From assembly GCA_002778455.1 (NCBI GenBank), contig PFCD01000001.1:53445-117444 (forward strand): 64,000 nucleotides of DNA, read 5' to 3'. Every line of letters starts with the position of its first letter. Positions within the stretch are counted from its first letter, which is position 1. Positions 9,242-17,972 of the stretch are shown piece after piece. The stretch is from Candidatus Micrarchaeota archaeon CG10_big_fil_rev_8_21_14_0_10_45_29 (GTDB lineage: Archaea; Micrarchaeota; Micrarchaeia; Anstonellales; Anstonellaceae). A program made the translations under genes and the position numbers. The notes beneath the pieces are model-generated. The model saw only the letters and a program-made list of their open reading frames with translations, was not told where the DNA came from and searched no databases.

Positions 9242-10336
9242 ATGAAAACAGCCGATATTCATGTAATAGGCGCCGGCCCTTCCGGAATTTTTTCATCCAT
9301 TACGGCGTTAAGGGAAGGAAAAGAGGTTATTTTGAGCGAAGAGCACACATCCGCAGGCGCCCCTGTGCACTGCTCAGGCCTTGTCTCTGCATCAGGGCTT
9401 GAGCAGCTAAAAGACGTTGTTGACTATAAAAAATGCACCCTAAACTCCATAACCAAGGCAAATATGCACGGCAAAGCAGAGAAATTCACCCTCTCATTTC
9501 CATTGCCAAAAGCATATGTAATAGACAGGGGAAAATTCGACTCTCTTGCAATGCAAAAATATGCTGATGAGGGCGGAAAATGCGTTTTTGGCGAGAAAAT
9601 AACCTCTTTTTCCCAATTAAAATCAACAAATATAATAGGCGCAGACGGCCCCATCTCCTCAATAGCCCGCCTCTTTAATTTTCCCCCCATCACCTCTTAT
9701 TGCGGCTGCTGGCAAGGCGAATTCAAATATTCCTGCCCTCAAAAAGACGCGGTAGAGGTGTATTTTAACCCCGAAATTTCCCCCGGCTTTATCGGCTGGG
9801 CAATTCCAATAGATGAGACACACGCAAAAATAGGCTTAGGGGTGGGAAAAAACGAAAACCTCTCACACGCAAAAAAATCCCTTCTCTCCAAGCTGGAAAT
9901 AAAAGATGCCCCAACCCACGAATTTGGCGCCCTTATTCCCCTCTCCCCACGAAAAAAATGCGCACTCTCCCCCATAGTTGCAGGAAAAAAATTCAATATC
10001 TCACTTTGCGGCGACGCCGCCGGGCAGGTAAAAGCCACCTCCGGAGGCGGCATATTCTTTGGCGCCATGTGCGGGCGCCTGGCAGCCATGCACGCGCAAA
10101 ACCCTGCTCTCTATGATAAAGAATGGAGAAAAAAATATGGCATGGATTTGCTTTTGCACCGCTTTTTGCGCCTCGGATTTGACTCCCTTAGCGCGGATGG
10201 CACTGATTTGGGAATAAAGGCGCTAAAACTGATGAAATTCGATTCCCTTCTCATGGAAGCGGGGCAAATGGATGAATATTCCAAAATGCTTTCCTTAAAT
10301 ACCTTAAATGCGTATATGCGTGTGCTCACAAGGTAA
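9242..10336 (+). CDS. Geranylgeranyl reductase family FAD-dependent oxidoreductase
   Basis: VIGAGPSG dinucleotide motif, IDR..FD, IIGADG, W.IP, GDAAGQVKATSGGGI. Confidence 0.88.
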   Translation: MKTADIHVIGAGPSGIFSSITALREGKEVILSEEHTSAGAPVHCSGLVSASGLEQLKDVVDYKKCTLNSITKANMHGKAEKFTLSFPLPKAYVIDRGKFDSLAMQKYADEGGKCVFGEKITSFSQLKSTNIIGADGPISSIARLFNFPPITSYCGCWQGEFKYSCPQKDAVEVYFNPEISPGFIGWAIPIDETHAKIGLGVGKNENLSHAKKSLLSKLEIKDAPTHEFGALIPLSPRKKCALSPIVAGKKFNISLCGDAAGQVKATSGGGIFFGAMCGRLAAMHAQNPALYDKEWRKKYGMDLLLHRFLRLGFDSLSADGTDLGIKALKLMKFDSLLMEAGQMDEYSKMLSLNTLNAYMRVLTR

Positions 10337-10421
10337 TTTTTATGCGGGCAAATACTTCCAAAATGCTCTCATTAAATACCTTAAATGCGTATATGCGTGT
10401 GCTCACAAGGTAATTTTTATG
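10279..10421 (+). repeat. Tandem 66-bp duplication of the reductase 3' end, stop, spacer and next ATG
   Basis: ttccaaaatgct..ttaaataccttaaatgcgtatatgcgtgtgctcacaaggtaatttttatg at 10279-10344 and 10356-10421, 2 mismatches. Confidence 0.92.
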
Positions 10422-10657
10422 GCACGAAAATTTGATTTGCACCGAAACCGCGGAGGGGGGCAAACCCCCCTGCTCAAAGCGCCTCGCGCTTTGGCATCCC
10501 AAATCGCAGTGGCGATTTGTAGGATCCCCAGTTTTGAGGTCCTACAAGACGCTCCGCGTCTTGGGATCCCAAAGTGCGTAGCACTTTGTAGGATTCTTTC
10601 CTGCCCCTCCCCCCGTTATACAAGGTAATTTTTATGGCAAGAAAATTTGATTTGCAC
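10405..10657. mobile_element. Putative small non-autonomous hairpin-array insert (10443-10619) between 38-bp direct repeats of a gene start
   Basis: Direct repeats at 10405-10442 and 10620-10657 (1 mismatch). The interior holds a G6/C6 hairpin and four CAA-N3-GC/GC-N3-TTG hairpins. The repeats are certain; mobility is inferred. Confidence 0.5.
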
Positions 10658-11323
10658 ATGCATTCCTCATATTCGCTTGATGCCATAGCCTCGCCCGCCT
10701 CAATTGCAGAGAAATGCTACAATGAGGGGCTTGCCGGCTTTGCAATAACAGACCATGGCAGCATGAAAGGCTATGAAAAAGCAAAAGCATATGTAAAAGA
10801 GGCAAAGCTTCCTATACAGGTAATAGGGGGGTGCGAATTTCTTAGCAATGCGGGAGAGGTAATAGGGCTTTTTATTGAATCAATGCCTCCTGCGCACACA
10901 ATAGCCGACTTTGGCTCTTTATGCGACGCCATACATGATGAAGGAGGCTTTGCAATCCTTCCCCATCCCTTTGATTCTTTTAGAAAACACGTATGCCGCC
11001 CTGACAAGCTTCCATCCGATTTGCTTCGCTTAATAGACGGAATAGAAACATTTAACGCCCGCTCGCGAAAAGTCGAGGACAATTTAAAGGCGCAGGAATG
11101 GGCGCACGGGAAAAATTTGTGCCTCACAGGAGGAAGCGACGCCCACTTCACATTTGAGTGCGCCTCTGCATACACTTGTGTTGAGGGCGATATGCCACTT
11201 GACATTGCTTTGCGCCGAAAAAAAACCTCCCCGGCAGGGGGAAGAACCCCTTTTTATTCGCAAGGGCTGCCAACAATTGCAAAATTCTTGAAAAAGCACG
11301 GCATAATAAAAATGCCAAAATAA
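10634..11323 (+). CDS. PHP domain metal-dependent phosphoesterase
   Basis: DLHMHS..S.D, AITDH, G.E, PHPF, IETFN and GGSDAH motifs. Confidence 0.92.
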   Translation: MARKFDLHMHSSYSLDAIASPASIAEKCYNEGLAGFAITDHGSMKGYEKAKAYVKEAKLPIQVIGGCEFLSNAGEVIGLFIESMPPAHTIADFGSLCDAIHDEGGFAILPHPFDSFRKHVCRPDKLPSDLLRLIDGIETFNARSRKVEDNLKAQEWAHGKNLCLTGGSDAHFTFECASAYTCVEGDMPLDIALRRKKTSPAGGRTPFYSQGLPTIAKFLKKHGIIKMPK

Positions 11324-11423
11324 AAATTCTTCAGCCAAAAATATTTCTGCGCATTTTAAAGCACATTTTTCCCTCTTCGTAGTTTTCCCCAGAGTTTTTA
11401 AACAACCTCTCTTTAATTAGCGC

Positions 11424-14400
11424 ATGGGCGTTTTTGCGCAAGCACCCAACAGCCAGAGGGAAGACCATGCTTTTGAGGGCGAGCCGTTGGCAGAAGCTTC
11501 CCCTGCTTTGCGCAATTCTCCAATTTCGCGCACAGACCACACATATGTGAATTTAGAGATGGCATATGCGCGCGCGCAAGCAAAGCAAACCTCTATAGAG
11601 AATAAGCAGCAGGATTTCACAATGCTCTCGCGCCAGCTCTCCCTTTCGCGCTTTTCCCCAGAATCTTCATTTCCCGCGCAGGATGAGAAATCCATAATAG
11701 AGAAAATGAATTTGCTTGCCATCTCCTCAATTTCCAGCACAAATATTCCAGAATTTATTTCCCAATACGCGCAGCCCTTTATAAAAATAGCAAAAGATGC
11801 CGGATTAACCGACATCGCGCAAAAAATTGAAAATTATGCAAAAATTCTTGCAGAAACCACGCGCATAAATATCTCCTCCTCCCCGCGCCTTCAAAACCTT
11901 GGCAATTTGCTCTCTTTCAGGCCCGCCGACGTTTTTGAGGCAATAAAATATTGCACATTTCTCACTTCCGAGAAAAAAGTATCCCTTCTCTCCTCCCTCT
12001 CACAGTTCTCGCCAGAATATCTGCCCCCTTCCCAAAATTTTGCAACAGAGGAGGCGGCGCTAAAGCAAATAGAGCTTGCCTCAAATATCTCAACAGCGCG
12101 CACCTTTGCCCAGGATTACACAATCGCAAGCATAGGCGGCATAAAATCATTGCGCTTTCTTGGCACAGAAATCTGGTTTTCCCCGCAAGAAAAGAATTCC
12201 TTAATAGAGAAAATATGGGATGAAAATAAGCTTGCGCGCGAAGGAAAAGAATTGCAGGAGGAAAACATTCCTGAAAATATTGCCCAATGCTCGCTTGATT
12301 ATTGCAATTCCGCCCTCGCATATGCAAATTACATCTCTGTCACAACCTCAAGCAACGACATATTGGGCTTTGTATCCGACTTTGCAGTTGAGGCAAACGA
12401 TGCCATAAACAATATAGCCAAATTGCAGCTTGAGGGCGCGCCAAAGCTTGAAATAGTGGAAGAGCTGATAAAATTCGAAGAATTTTTCCAAAACTGCCAG
12501 TCCCTTGTGGCAGAGCAGGCGCACTATGAATCCCTTTACAAGCAGGCAGGCAACAACCCATTTCTCAACGCCCTTGTATGGGCAAACAGAAACGGGCACA
12601 CCGCCAACCTGTGGATGGCATTCGGGATGTCACTTTACAATCCTGTATTAGGGCAGGCGGCATTTGGGATGCTTGGTGCGCGCGACATAAAAGAGGGAAT
12701 AGAAACAAAGGATTTTAACCGAATAATATTCGGAACCGCAATGCTTGCAGGCATGTCCCAAAACCCGCTCATATCCGGCGCCTCGCACTCTTACATCCAG
12801 CTCTCAATAGGAAAAGACGCGCTTTACCTGGCAGATGACATAAACATAAACGGGGTAAATCCGCGCAACCTCCAATCTCTCCTTGACCTCTCAATCCTAT
12901 CTTTGGGGGTGCTCAACTCGCGCGCACAGGAAAAATATTCTCCCCATGATTTTCGCTATGGGGGGCCGCGAGCGCAATTCTCCGCCCCCGCGCAGCTGCC
13001 GTGGTTCACAGAGCTTTTTAACCTGGAATATTTTCGCAACAAAAATTTTGCTGCTTTGGCAGACGCAATAAAAAAGAACACCGAAATAAAATCCCCCCAA
13101 AACGACGAGGGAATAGTGCGCCACATTGCAATCCTCTCAAAATCCTTTAATGAACAGGAAATATCTCAAATTTGCTCGCGCATCTCACAAGATAAAAACA
13201 CCTCCTGCCTTATGGATGCGAACTTCCTTCTTTCCGTGGAGCTGAAAACTCAGGGCATGCACTGGGAAAACGCAGGGGGGGTAAATTATTTGCGCCCCGG
13301 CAAAGAGCCCGCCCCCCGCGAGCCGGTAGGCGGCACGGCATTTATCCCGAAAAAAAGCGGCGGCGAGCAAAAGCCCCGCATTGAGGAAAATTCTTCCCTA
13401 CTGCAAGATGAAACTATTGCAAAAAAGCTTGCAGATGCCGGGATAACAGAGAAGGCAATGCAAAGAATAGAATCGCTTGAAGGATACACTCCCGAAGCAA
13501 AAGAAATATTGCGGGAAATTATCTCAAAATCCCCTCAAGAAAGCCTAATGGTAAACTTTTATGCATTTGAATCCATCCTTGGGAAAGGCCCGCTTCCCGA
13601 AAATGTAATTTCTGCCCTAAAGACACAAATCTCAATCTGCCCTGCAGAAAATCTCCTAAACTTTCTTGTTATGGTTGAGAAGGCGCACCCTCTTCTCATA
13701 GATGAATACGGCTCAGAGCTTTCCTTCCCCATCATGGAGATGCTCCAAAACCCGAACCTATCCTCATATCCGCTCTGGAGGGATTTCCTCTTCTCCCTAA
13801 AACAGGGGGAATCATACCTCTCTCATGCCTCTGCTTTTCTTACGCTCAGTTCTATCCTAAAGAGCAGTTATTTCAAGCCCGAACACTGGAGTTTGCTTCA
13901 CAAACTGCACAATAAAACCGACATCAAGCAAAATGCAGATGTTCTCAAAGAGTTTTTCAAACTGCTTGAGGGGGGGCATCTCTCGCCAGAAAATATTCAA
14001 AATTTAAATTCTTTTCTGGATTTTATGCCCCGCATCAATAAGCTCTCTATGATAGAATTCAGGGAAAGGGCGGAAAGGAGCGGATATGACTTTGACAACT
14101 CCTTCCAATTGGCGCAAAGCTACAGGGAGCGTTTTTCTTTGGGAAAAGATGTGTGGGGGGACTGGGCATTAAACCTTCTATCTAATGTGGATGCCATCAA
14201 GCAGCTTGATGCTCTGAACCTGAAGGCAGCCGACTTTCTTTGCAAAAACCAGGGAATCCGCTTTTTTGGAAGGTATGATGCAGGCGTTCTTTTGAGGCAG
14301 TATGAAAATTACGGAAAACGCGATTCCTCAAAGCCGCTGATGCTTGCCATCAATGCCCTTTCGGATTACAGCGGAGCCATTTCCCTTGTCAGAAACAACA

Positions 14401-17400
14401 TAAGCTACCTTGACCAAAACCTTGACATTAAAATTTATGAGGCAAGCTCGCCTTTTTCAGCCGCAAGAAGCATTGTTGATACATACAACAACTACGGCCC
14501 TATATCTACTCTCTGGGTAGGCGGGCACGGAGATGTGGGAAGCATAAGGTTTGGGCACGCCTGGCCTGCCGGGCTCATAACCGCGCAGCAAATCGCAAGC
14601 GGATCAGATCTTGGGCGCTATTTCATCTCCCATCCCTCGGTTATTTTTGTGAGCTGCAGCACAGGCATTGATTTACCGGGAGGATTTGCAAATACAGCCA
14701 GTGGCAGGTATAATGGAATTTTCTATGCGCCACAGGGAGAAACCCTTCTTGACAACATAACCTACAAAGGGTTAGATGAAAATTCTACTCCCCTATTTGA
14801 CATAAGATGGTCAGTTTCTCCAGGATCAATATTTTCCGAAGGAAAGCCCTCTTCCCCAAAAACACAAAATCCAAACATCCAATTCCCTGTAGGCGGCACG
14901 GCATTTGTGCCCGCCCCGCCAAAAAGAATTTCCGCCCCGATAGATTTTGAGCGCACTTTAGCCCCAAAAAGCGCGGACGACATAAAATTTGAGCTTAATA
15001 CCCTTCTTTCCAATTTGCGCTCGCTTGAGCAAACGGCAAAAGATTTTTCAGATGATTTTAAAATGGGGCAATTAAACCAAAACATGCTCAATTCCCTTCA
15101 AAAGCAGCTAAAAGCCCTTGAGCAGGACGCAAAATTCGTACAAGAGCCGGCAGAATCCGCCCTTATCGCATCCAAAATAGCCAACGCAAAGCTGCTAATC
15201 GCAAATACGCAATACCATCTCTCACATGAGCCTGTCGGCGGAGTTGCAAAAAAGCCCCCCTCGGCAATTGAAATAGGTTTAGACGGAAAGCCTACTGGCA
15301 GAAATATAAATTTAGAAACTACTTATACTCCAGAATATTTTGAAGGAAGATTGGCAATAGACCAAACCACTCCATACATAGAGCTTGCAGAAGGAAAAGC
15401 GTTAGAAATATACAGGCGAAGCGACTTTAACGATTATTTTCTTTTGCAAAGAAAAGGAAATGAGCTTGAAATAAGCTGCATCTCGCAAAATTTCAGCCCA
15501 GAGCAATATATGGAAAACCTTGGCTACCAAAAAACATCGATATATGTATACAGGGCGCAAGAGCCGTCTGTACGACAAGTAATTGATGGCGCAACAACTC
15601 TAAAAAAAGGCGACAGAGTAGTATTTAGCTTCGGAGCCCCGGAAGGACAATCCCCCTCATTTATATTTGACGGCAAAAAGCTTGTAAATTCTGCAGAGCA
15701 GGGCTGGAAAGCAAGCCAGCCTGTCGGCGGAGTTGCACACAAGCAGAATGTGCAGCCAACAAAAATAATCCCTCTACAGGCAAAAATGGAAAATTTCTCA
15801 AACAGCCAGGAAAAGCTAAAACTTCACCTCCATGACTGGAAAAGCTCTGCATATAATGCATATAACTCCAGCAAGTTAATTCTTGATGACATATCCCGCC
15901 TAAAAAACTCCGGGGTAATGGATGCGCGCCTTGATTTGCTTGAGCAAAAATTCAAATCCCATTTGCAGGTGCTTGATGCCCCCTCAAACACCATAAAAAA
16001 CGAATTTGAGTCAAGAATGCGAGAGCCGACACAGGAGGGCACGCAGGAGCTTTTGGGCATAATGAAAAAAAACACCTCCCAAATCCTTGATTATATCAGC
16101 AACTCAACCCTTAAGGCAGACATAAAAGAGCTTGAGTTAATATTGCGCGACAATTCCAAAACAAGCGCAGAGGCAAAAACAATCCTTGAGGAAACCGTGC
16201 AAAAGAGCAAAAATACAAACCTCTCCGCAATTGATGAGATGGGCTCAACCCTTCCATCCTACCTTGAGCCAACATACGACGTTTCTCAAATATCTTTCGG
16301 AGGGGTAAGCCAACTCTCGCTTGAGAGCACGCAACTCTCCCCGCTTGTAGAGAAAGCAATAGCTTCCCAGAGTGCATCCTATCCCAAAATAAAAATAAGT
16401 GTGGAGGGGCTCTCCCCCGAAATTTATGCGATGGTTGATGCGCAGGCATTCTCCTCAATTGTGGGAAACATGCTTGCAAATTCCCTCAAATACACCGCAG
16501 AATATGCCTCCAAAAACCCGGGCGCATTTCCCGATGGGCAGGAAATAAAACTTTCCTTGCGGCAAAACGATTATGGAAGCGGCTTTCGCACCCTTGAGAT
16601 AACTGTTGAGGATTTTGCCTCCGGCATGACTTATGAGCAGGCGGCAAGCGCATTTGAGGGCAAGCCAAGCACAAACGCGGTCGGCTCCTCAACAGGGCTT
16701 GCGATGAGCACTTCGCAGAAGCTTGCGCAAATGATGGAAGGGGATTTGCGCATCGACTCGCGGGGGCGAGCTTCAGGGGAGCCCTCAACAAAATTCACTT
16801 TTGAGATTCCGCTCAAATCCCAAGAAGCCCTCAACATAGAATCTGACATGGGCATAAGCATTGAGCCGTCCCAAAAACCCGGAAAATTTGATATTTATAT
16901 CGGAGAAGGGCAATCAAAGGCGTATGCCGGCTCTTTTTCGCAAGAGCGCGCCGCCCTTTTCAAATCCCAGTTCCTCATATACCAGCAAAACTTTCCAGAT
17001 ATTCTTCTCCCGGAAATATCTCATAGCATACAAAGCATTGACGGGCTAATGTCTGCCTTTGGAAAATGGAGGGTAAAGCAGAGCAGCGGGGACATGGCGA
17101 ATTACCTCGAATACCTTAATTCCAATTCCCTGCACCACTCTTTTGAGCCGTATTTTGAGCAAATAAAATCAACTCTCAATTCCATGGGATACGAATACAC
17201 TAATGGGCAGATTCCTGTCCGCTACCAGGGAAGCGCCCCAGTCTTTATGTTTAGCACGGATGGAAAGCTTGGAAAGAAAGAGTTTGTCCTAAAAATAAAA
17301 GACGGGCTGGAGGAGGAGATTGCCTCTAAAGTTCTAAACCTTTTCGGGAGAAATACCCATGCCATTTACTCCCCTTCAAAAGATTTTTGCATAATGGAAA

Positions 17401-17972
17401 AGCTTGACATATCCACCCCTGAGGAGGTATTTCTCTCAGGAAGGCCAGCAGAACTGTCCGGCTTGCTCTCCGAAGGGGAGGAAAAATCAGAATACCTAAA
17501 GCAAAGGGGCTCATGGGCGGCAGATGAACTCTTCTTTGCCCTTGGCGACGGGCACACGAGAAATTACATGCTTCTGGATTCAAAAGGCACTCTTGCAAGG
17601 ATAGACTTTCAGGCATTCGGATATTCAAATCCCTCTCCCCTGCATTCCATGGAGCTTAATCACCTGTGGGGATATTTTCGTTCTGAGGGCTCTATACGCC
17701 CAGAGCTTAAAGGAGCCTTCATGGAACGTTGGACAGAGTTGCAGCTCATGCTCTCAGAACCTTCTGTCCGACAGGAGCTTCTCTCAATATATGAGGGATA
17801 TTTCTCAAATCCGAATTACAAGCAGCGCCTTCTGAGCATAGCACCCGAAAACGCCTACTCGCGGCCTTTTTATAATCTAACTCCAAAACAAATAGTGGAC
17901 AACCTCTCCAAAAACCTGCAGTTTGATGCAGAGATTGCATGGGAGAGATTTTCAGGTGAATATGCAAGATGA
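11424..17972 (+). CDS. Giant modular protein: hydrophobic N-terminal region, clan CD-like His/Cys peptidase, histidine-kinase-like module, PI3K/PI4K/HipA-like kinase; PVGG linkers
   Basis: 2182-aa ORF. LWVGGHG (H1035) and IFVSCSTG (C1078); LHDWKS (H1470); N-box NMLANSLKY, VEDFASGM, STGLAM, TKFTFEIP; FVLK..GDGHTRNYM..RIDF. PVGG at aa 634, 1155, 1270 and 1433. Confidence 0.75.
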   Translation: MGVFAQAPNSQREDHAFEGEPLAEASPALRNSPISRTDHTYVNLEMAYARAQAKQTSIENKQQDFTMLSRQLSLSRFSPESSFPAQDEKSIIEKMNLLAISSISSTNIPEFISQYAQPFIKIAKDAGLTDIAQKIENYAKILAETTRINISSSPRLQNLGNLLSFRPADVFEAIKYCTFLTSEKKVSLLSSLSQFSPEYLPPSQNFATEEAALKQIELASNISTARTFAQDYTIASIGGIKSLRFLGTEIWFSPQEKNSLIEKIWDENKLAREGKELQEENIPENIAQCSLDYCNSALAYANYISVTTSSNDILGFVSDFAVEANDAINNIAKLQLEGAPKLEIVEELIKFEEFFQNCQSLVAEQAHYESLYKQAGNNPFLNALVWANRNGHTANLWMAFGMSLYNPVLGQAAFGMLGARDIKEGIETKDFNRIIFGTAMLAGMSQNPLISGASHSYIQLSIGKDALYLADDININGVNPRNLQSLLDLSILSLGVLNSRAQEKYSPHDFRYGGPRAQFSAPAQLPWFTELFNLEYFRNKNFAALADAIKKNTEIKSPQNDEGIVRHIAILSKSFNEQEISQICSRISQDKNTSCLMDANFLLSVELKTQGMHWENAGGVNYLRPGKEPAPREPVGGTAFIPKKSGGEQKPRIEENSSLLQDETIAKKLADAGITEKAMQRIESLEGYTPEAKEILREIISKSPQESLMVNFYAFESILGKGPLPENVISALKTQISICPAENLLNFLVMVEKAHPLLIDEYGSELSFPIMEMLQNPNLSSYPLWRDFLFSLKQGESYLSHASAFLTLSSILKSSYFKPEHWSLLHKLHNKTDIKQNADVLKEFFKLLEGGHLSPENIQNLNSFLDFMPRINKLSMIEFRERAERSGYDFDNSFQLAQSYRERFSLGKDVWGDWALNLLSNVDAIKQLDALNLKAADFLCKNQGIRFFGRYDAGVLLRQYENYGKRDSSKPLMLAINALSDYSGAISLVRNNISYLDQNLDIKIYEASSPFSAARSIVDTYNNYGPISTLWVGGHGDVGSIRFGHAWPAGLITAQQIASGSDLGRYFISHPSVIFVSCSTGIDLPGGFANTASGRYNGIFYAPQGETLLDNITYKGLDENSTPLFDIRWSVSPGSIFSEGKPSSPKTQNPNIQFPVGGTAFVPAPPKRISAPIDFERTLAPKSADDIKFELNTLLSNLRSLEQTAKDFSDDFKMGQLNQNMLNSLQKQLKALEQDAKFVQEPAESALIASKIANAKLLIANTQYHLSHEPVGGVAKKPPSAIEIGLDGKPTGRNINLETTYTPEYFEGRLAIDQTTPYIELAEGKALEIYRRSDFNDYFLLQRKGNELEISCISQNFSPEQYMENLGYQKTSIYVYRAQEPSVRQVIDGATTLKKGDRVVFSFGAPEGQSPSFIFDGKKLVNSAEQGWKASQPVGGVAHKQNVQPTKIIPLQAKMENFSNSQEKLKLHLHDWKSSAYNAYNSSKLILDDISRLKNSGVMDARLDLLEQKFKSHLQVLDAPSNTIKNEFESRMREPTQEGTQELLGIMKKNTSQILDYISNSTLKADIKELELILRDNSKTSAEAKTILEETVQKSKNTNLSAIDEMGSTLPSYLEPTYDVSQISFGGVSQLSLESTQLSPLVEKAIASQSASYPKIKISVEGLSPEIYAMVDAQAFSSIVGNMLANSLKYTAEYASKNPGAFPDGQEIKLSLRQNDYGSGFRTLEITVEDFASGMTYEQAASAFEGKPSTNAVGSSTGLAMSTSQKLAQMMEGDLRIDSRGRASGEPSTKFTFEIPLKSQEALNIESDMGISIEPSQKPGKFDIYIGEGQSKAYAGSFSQERAALFKSQFLIYQQNFPDILLPEISHSIQSIDGLMSAFGKWRVKQSSGDMANYLEYLNSNSLHHSFEPYFEQIKSTLNSMGYEYTNGQIPVRYQGSAPVFMFSTDGKLGKKEFVLKIKDGLEEEIASKVLNLFGRNTHAIYSPSKDFCIMEKLDISTPEEVFLSGRPAELSGLLSEGEEKSEYLKQRGSWAADELFFALGDGHTRNYMLLDSKGTLARIDFQAFGYSNPSPLHSMELNHLWGYFRSEGSIRPELKGAFMERWTELQLMLSEPSVRQELLSIYEGYFSNPNYKQRLLSIAPENAYSRPFYNLTPKQIVDNLSKNLQFDAEIAWERFSGEYAR

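Noticed and set aside
10279-10657. CRISPR array
   Set aside because: The repeats are copies of coding and start sequence, units are not identical with unique spacers of constant length, and no cas genes are in the window.
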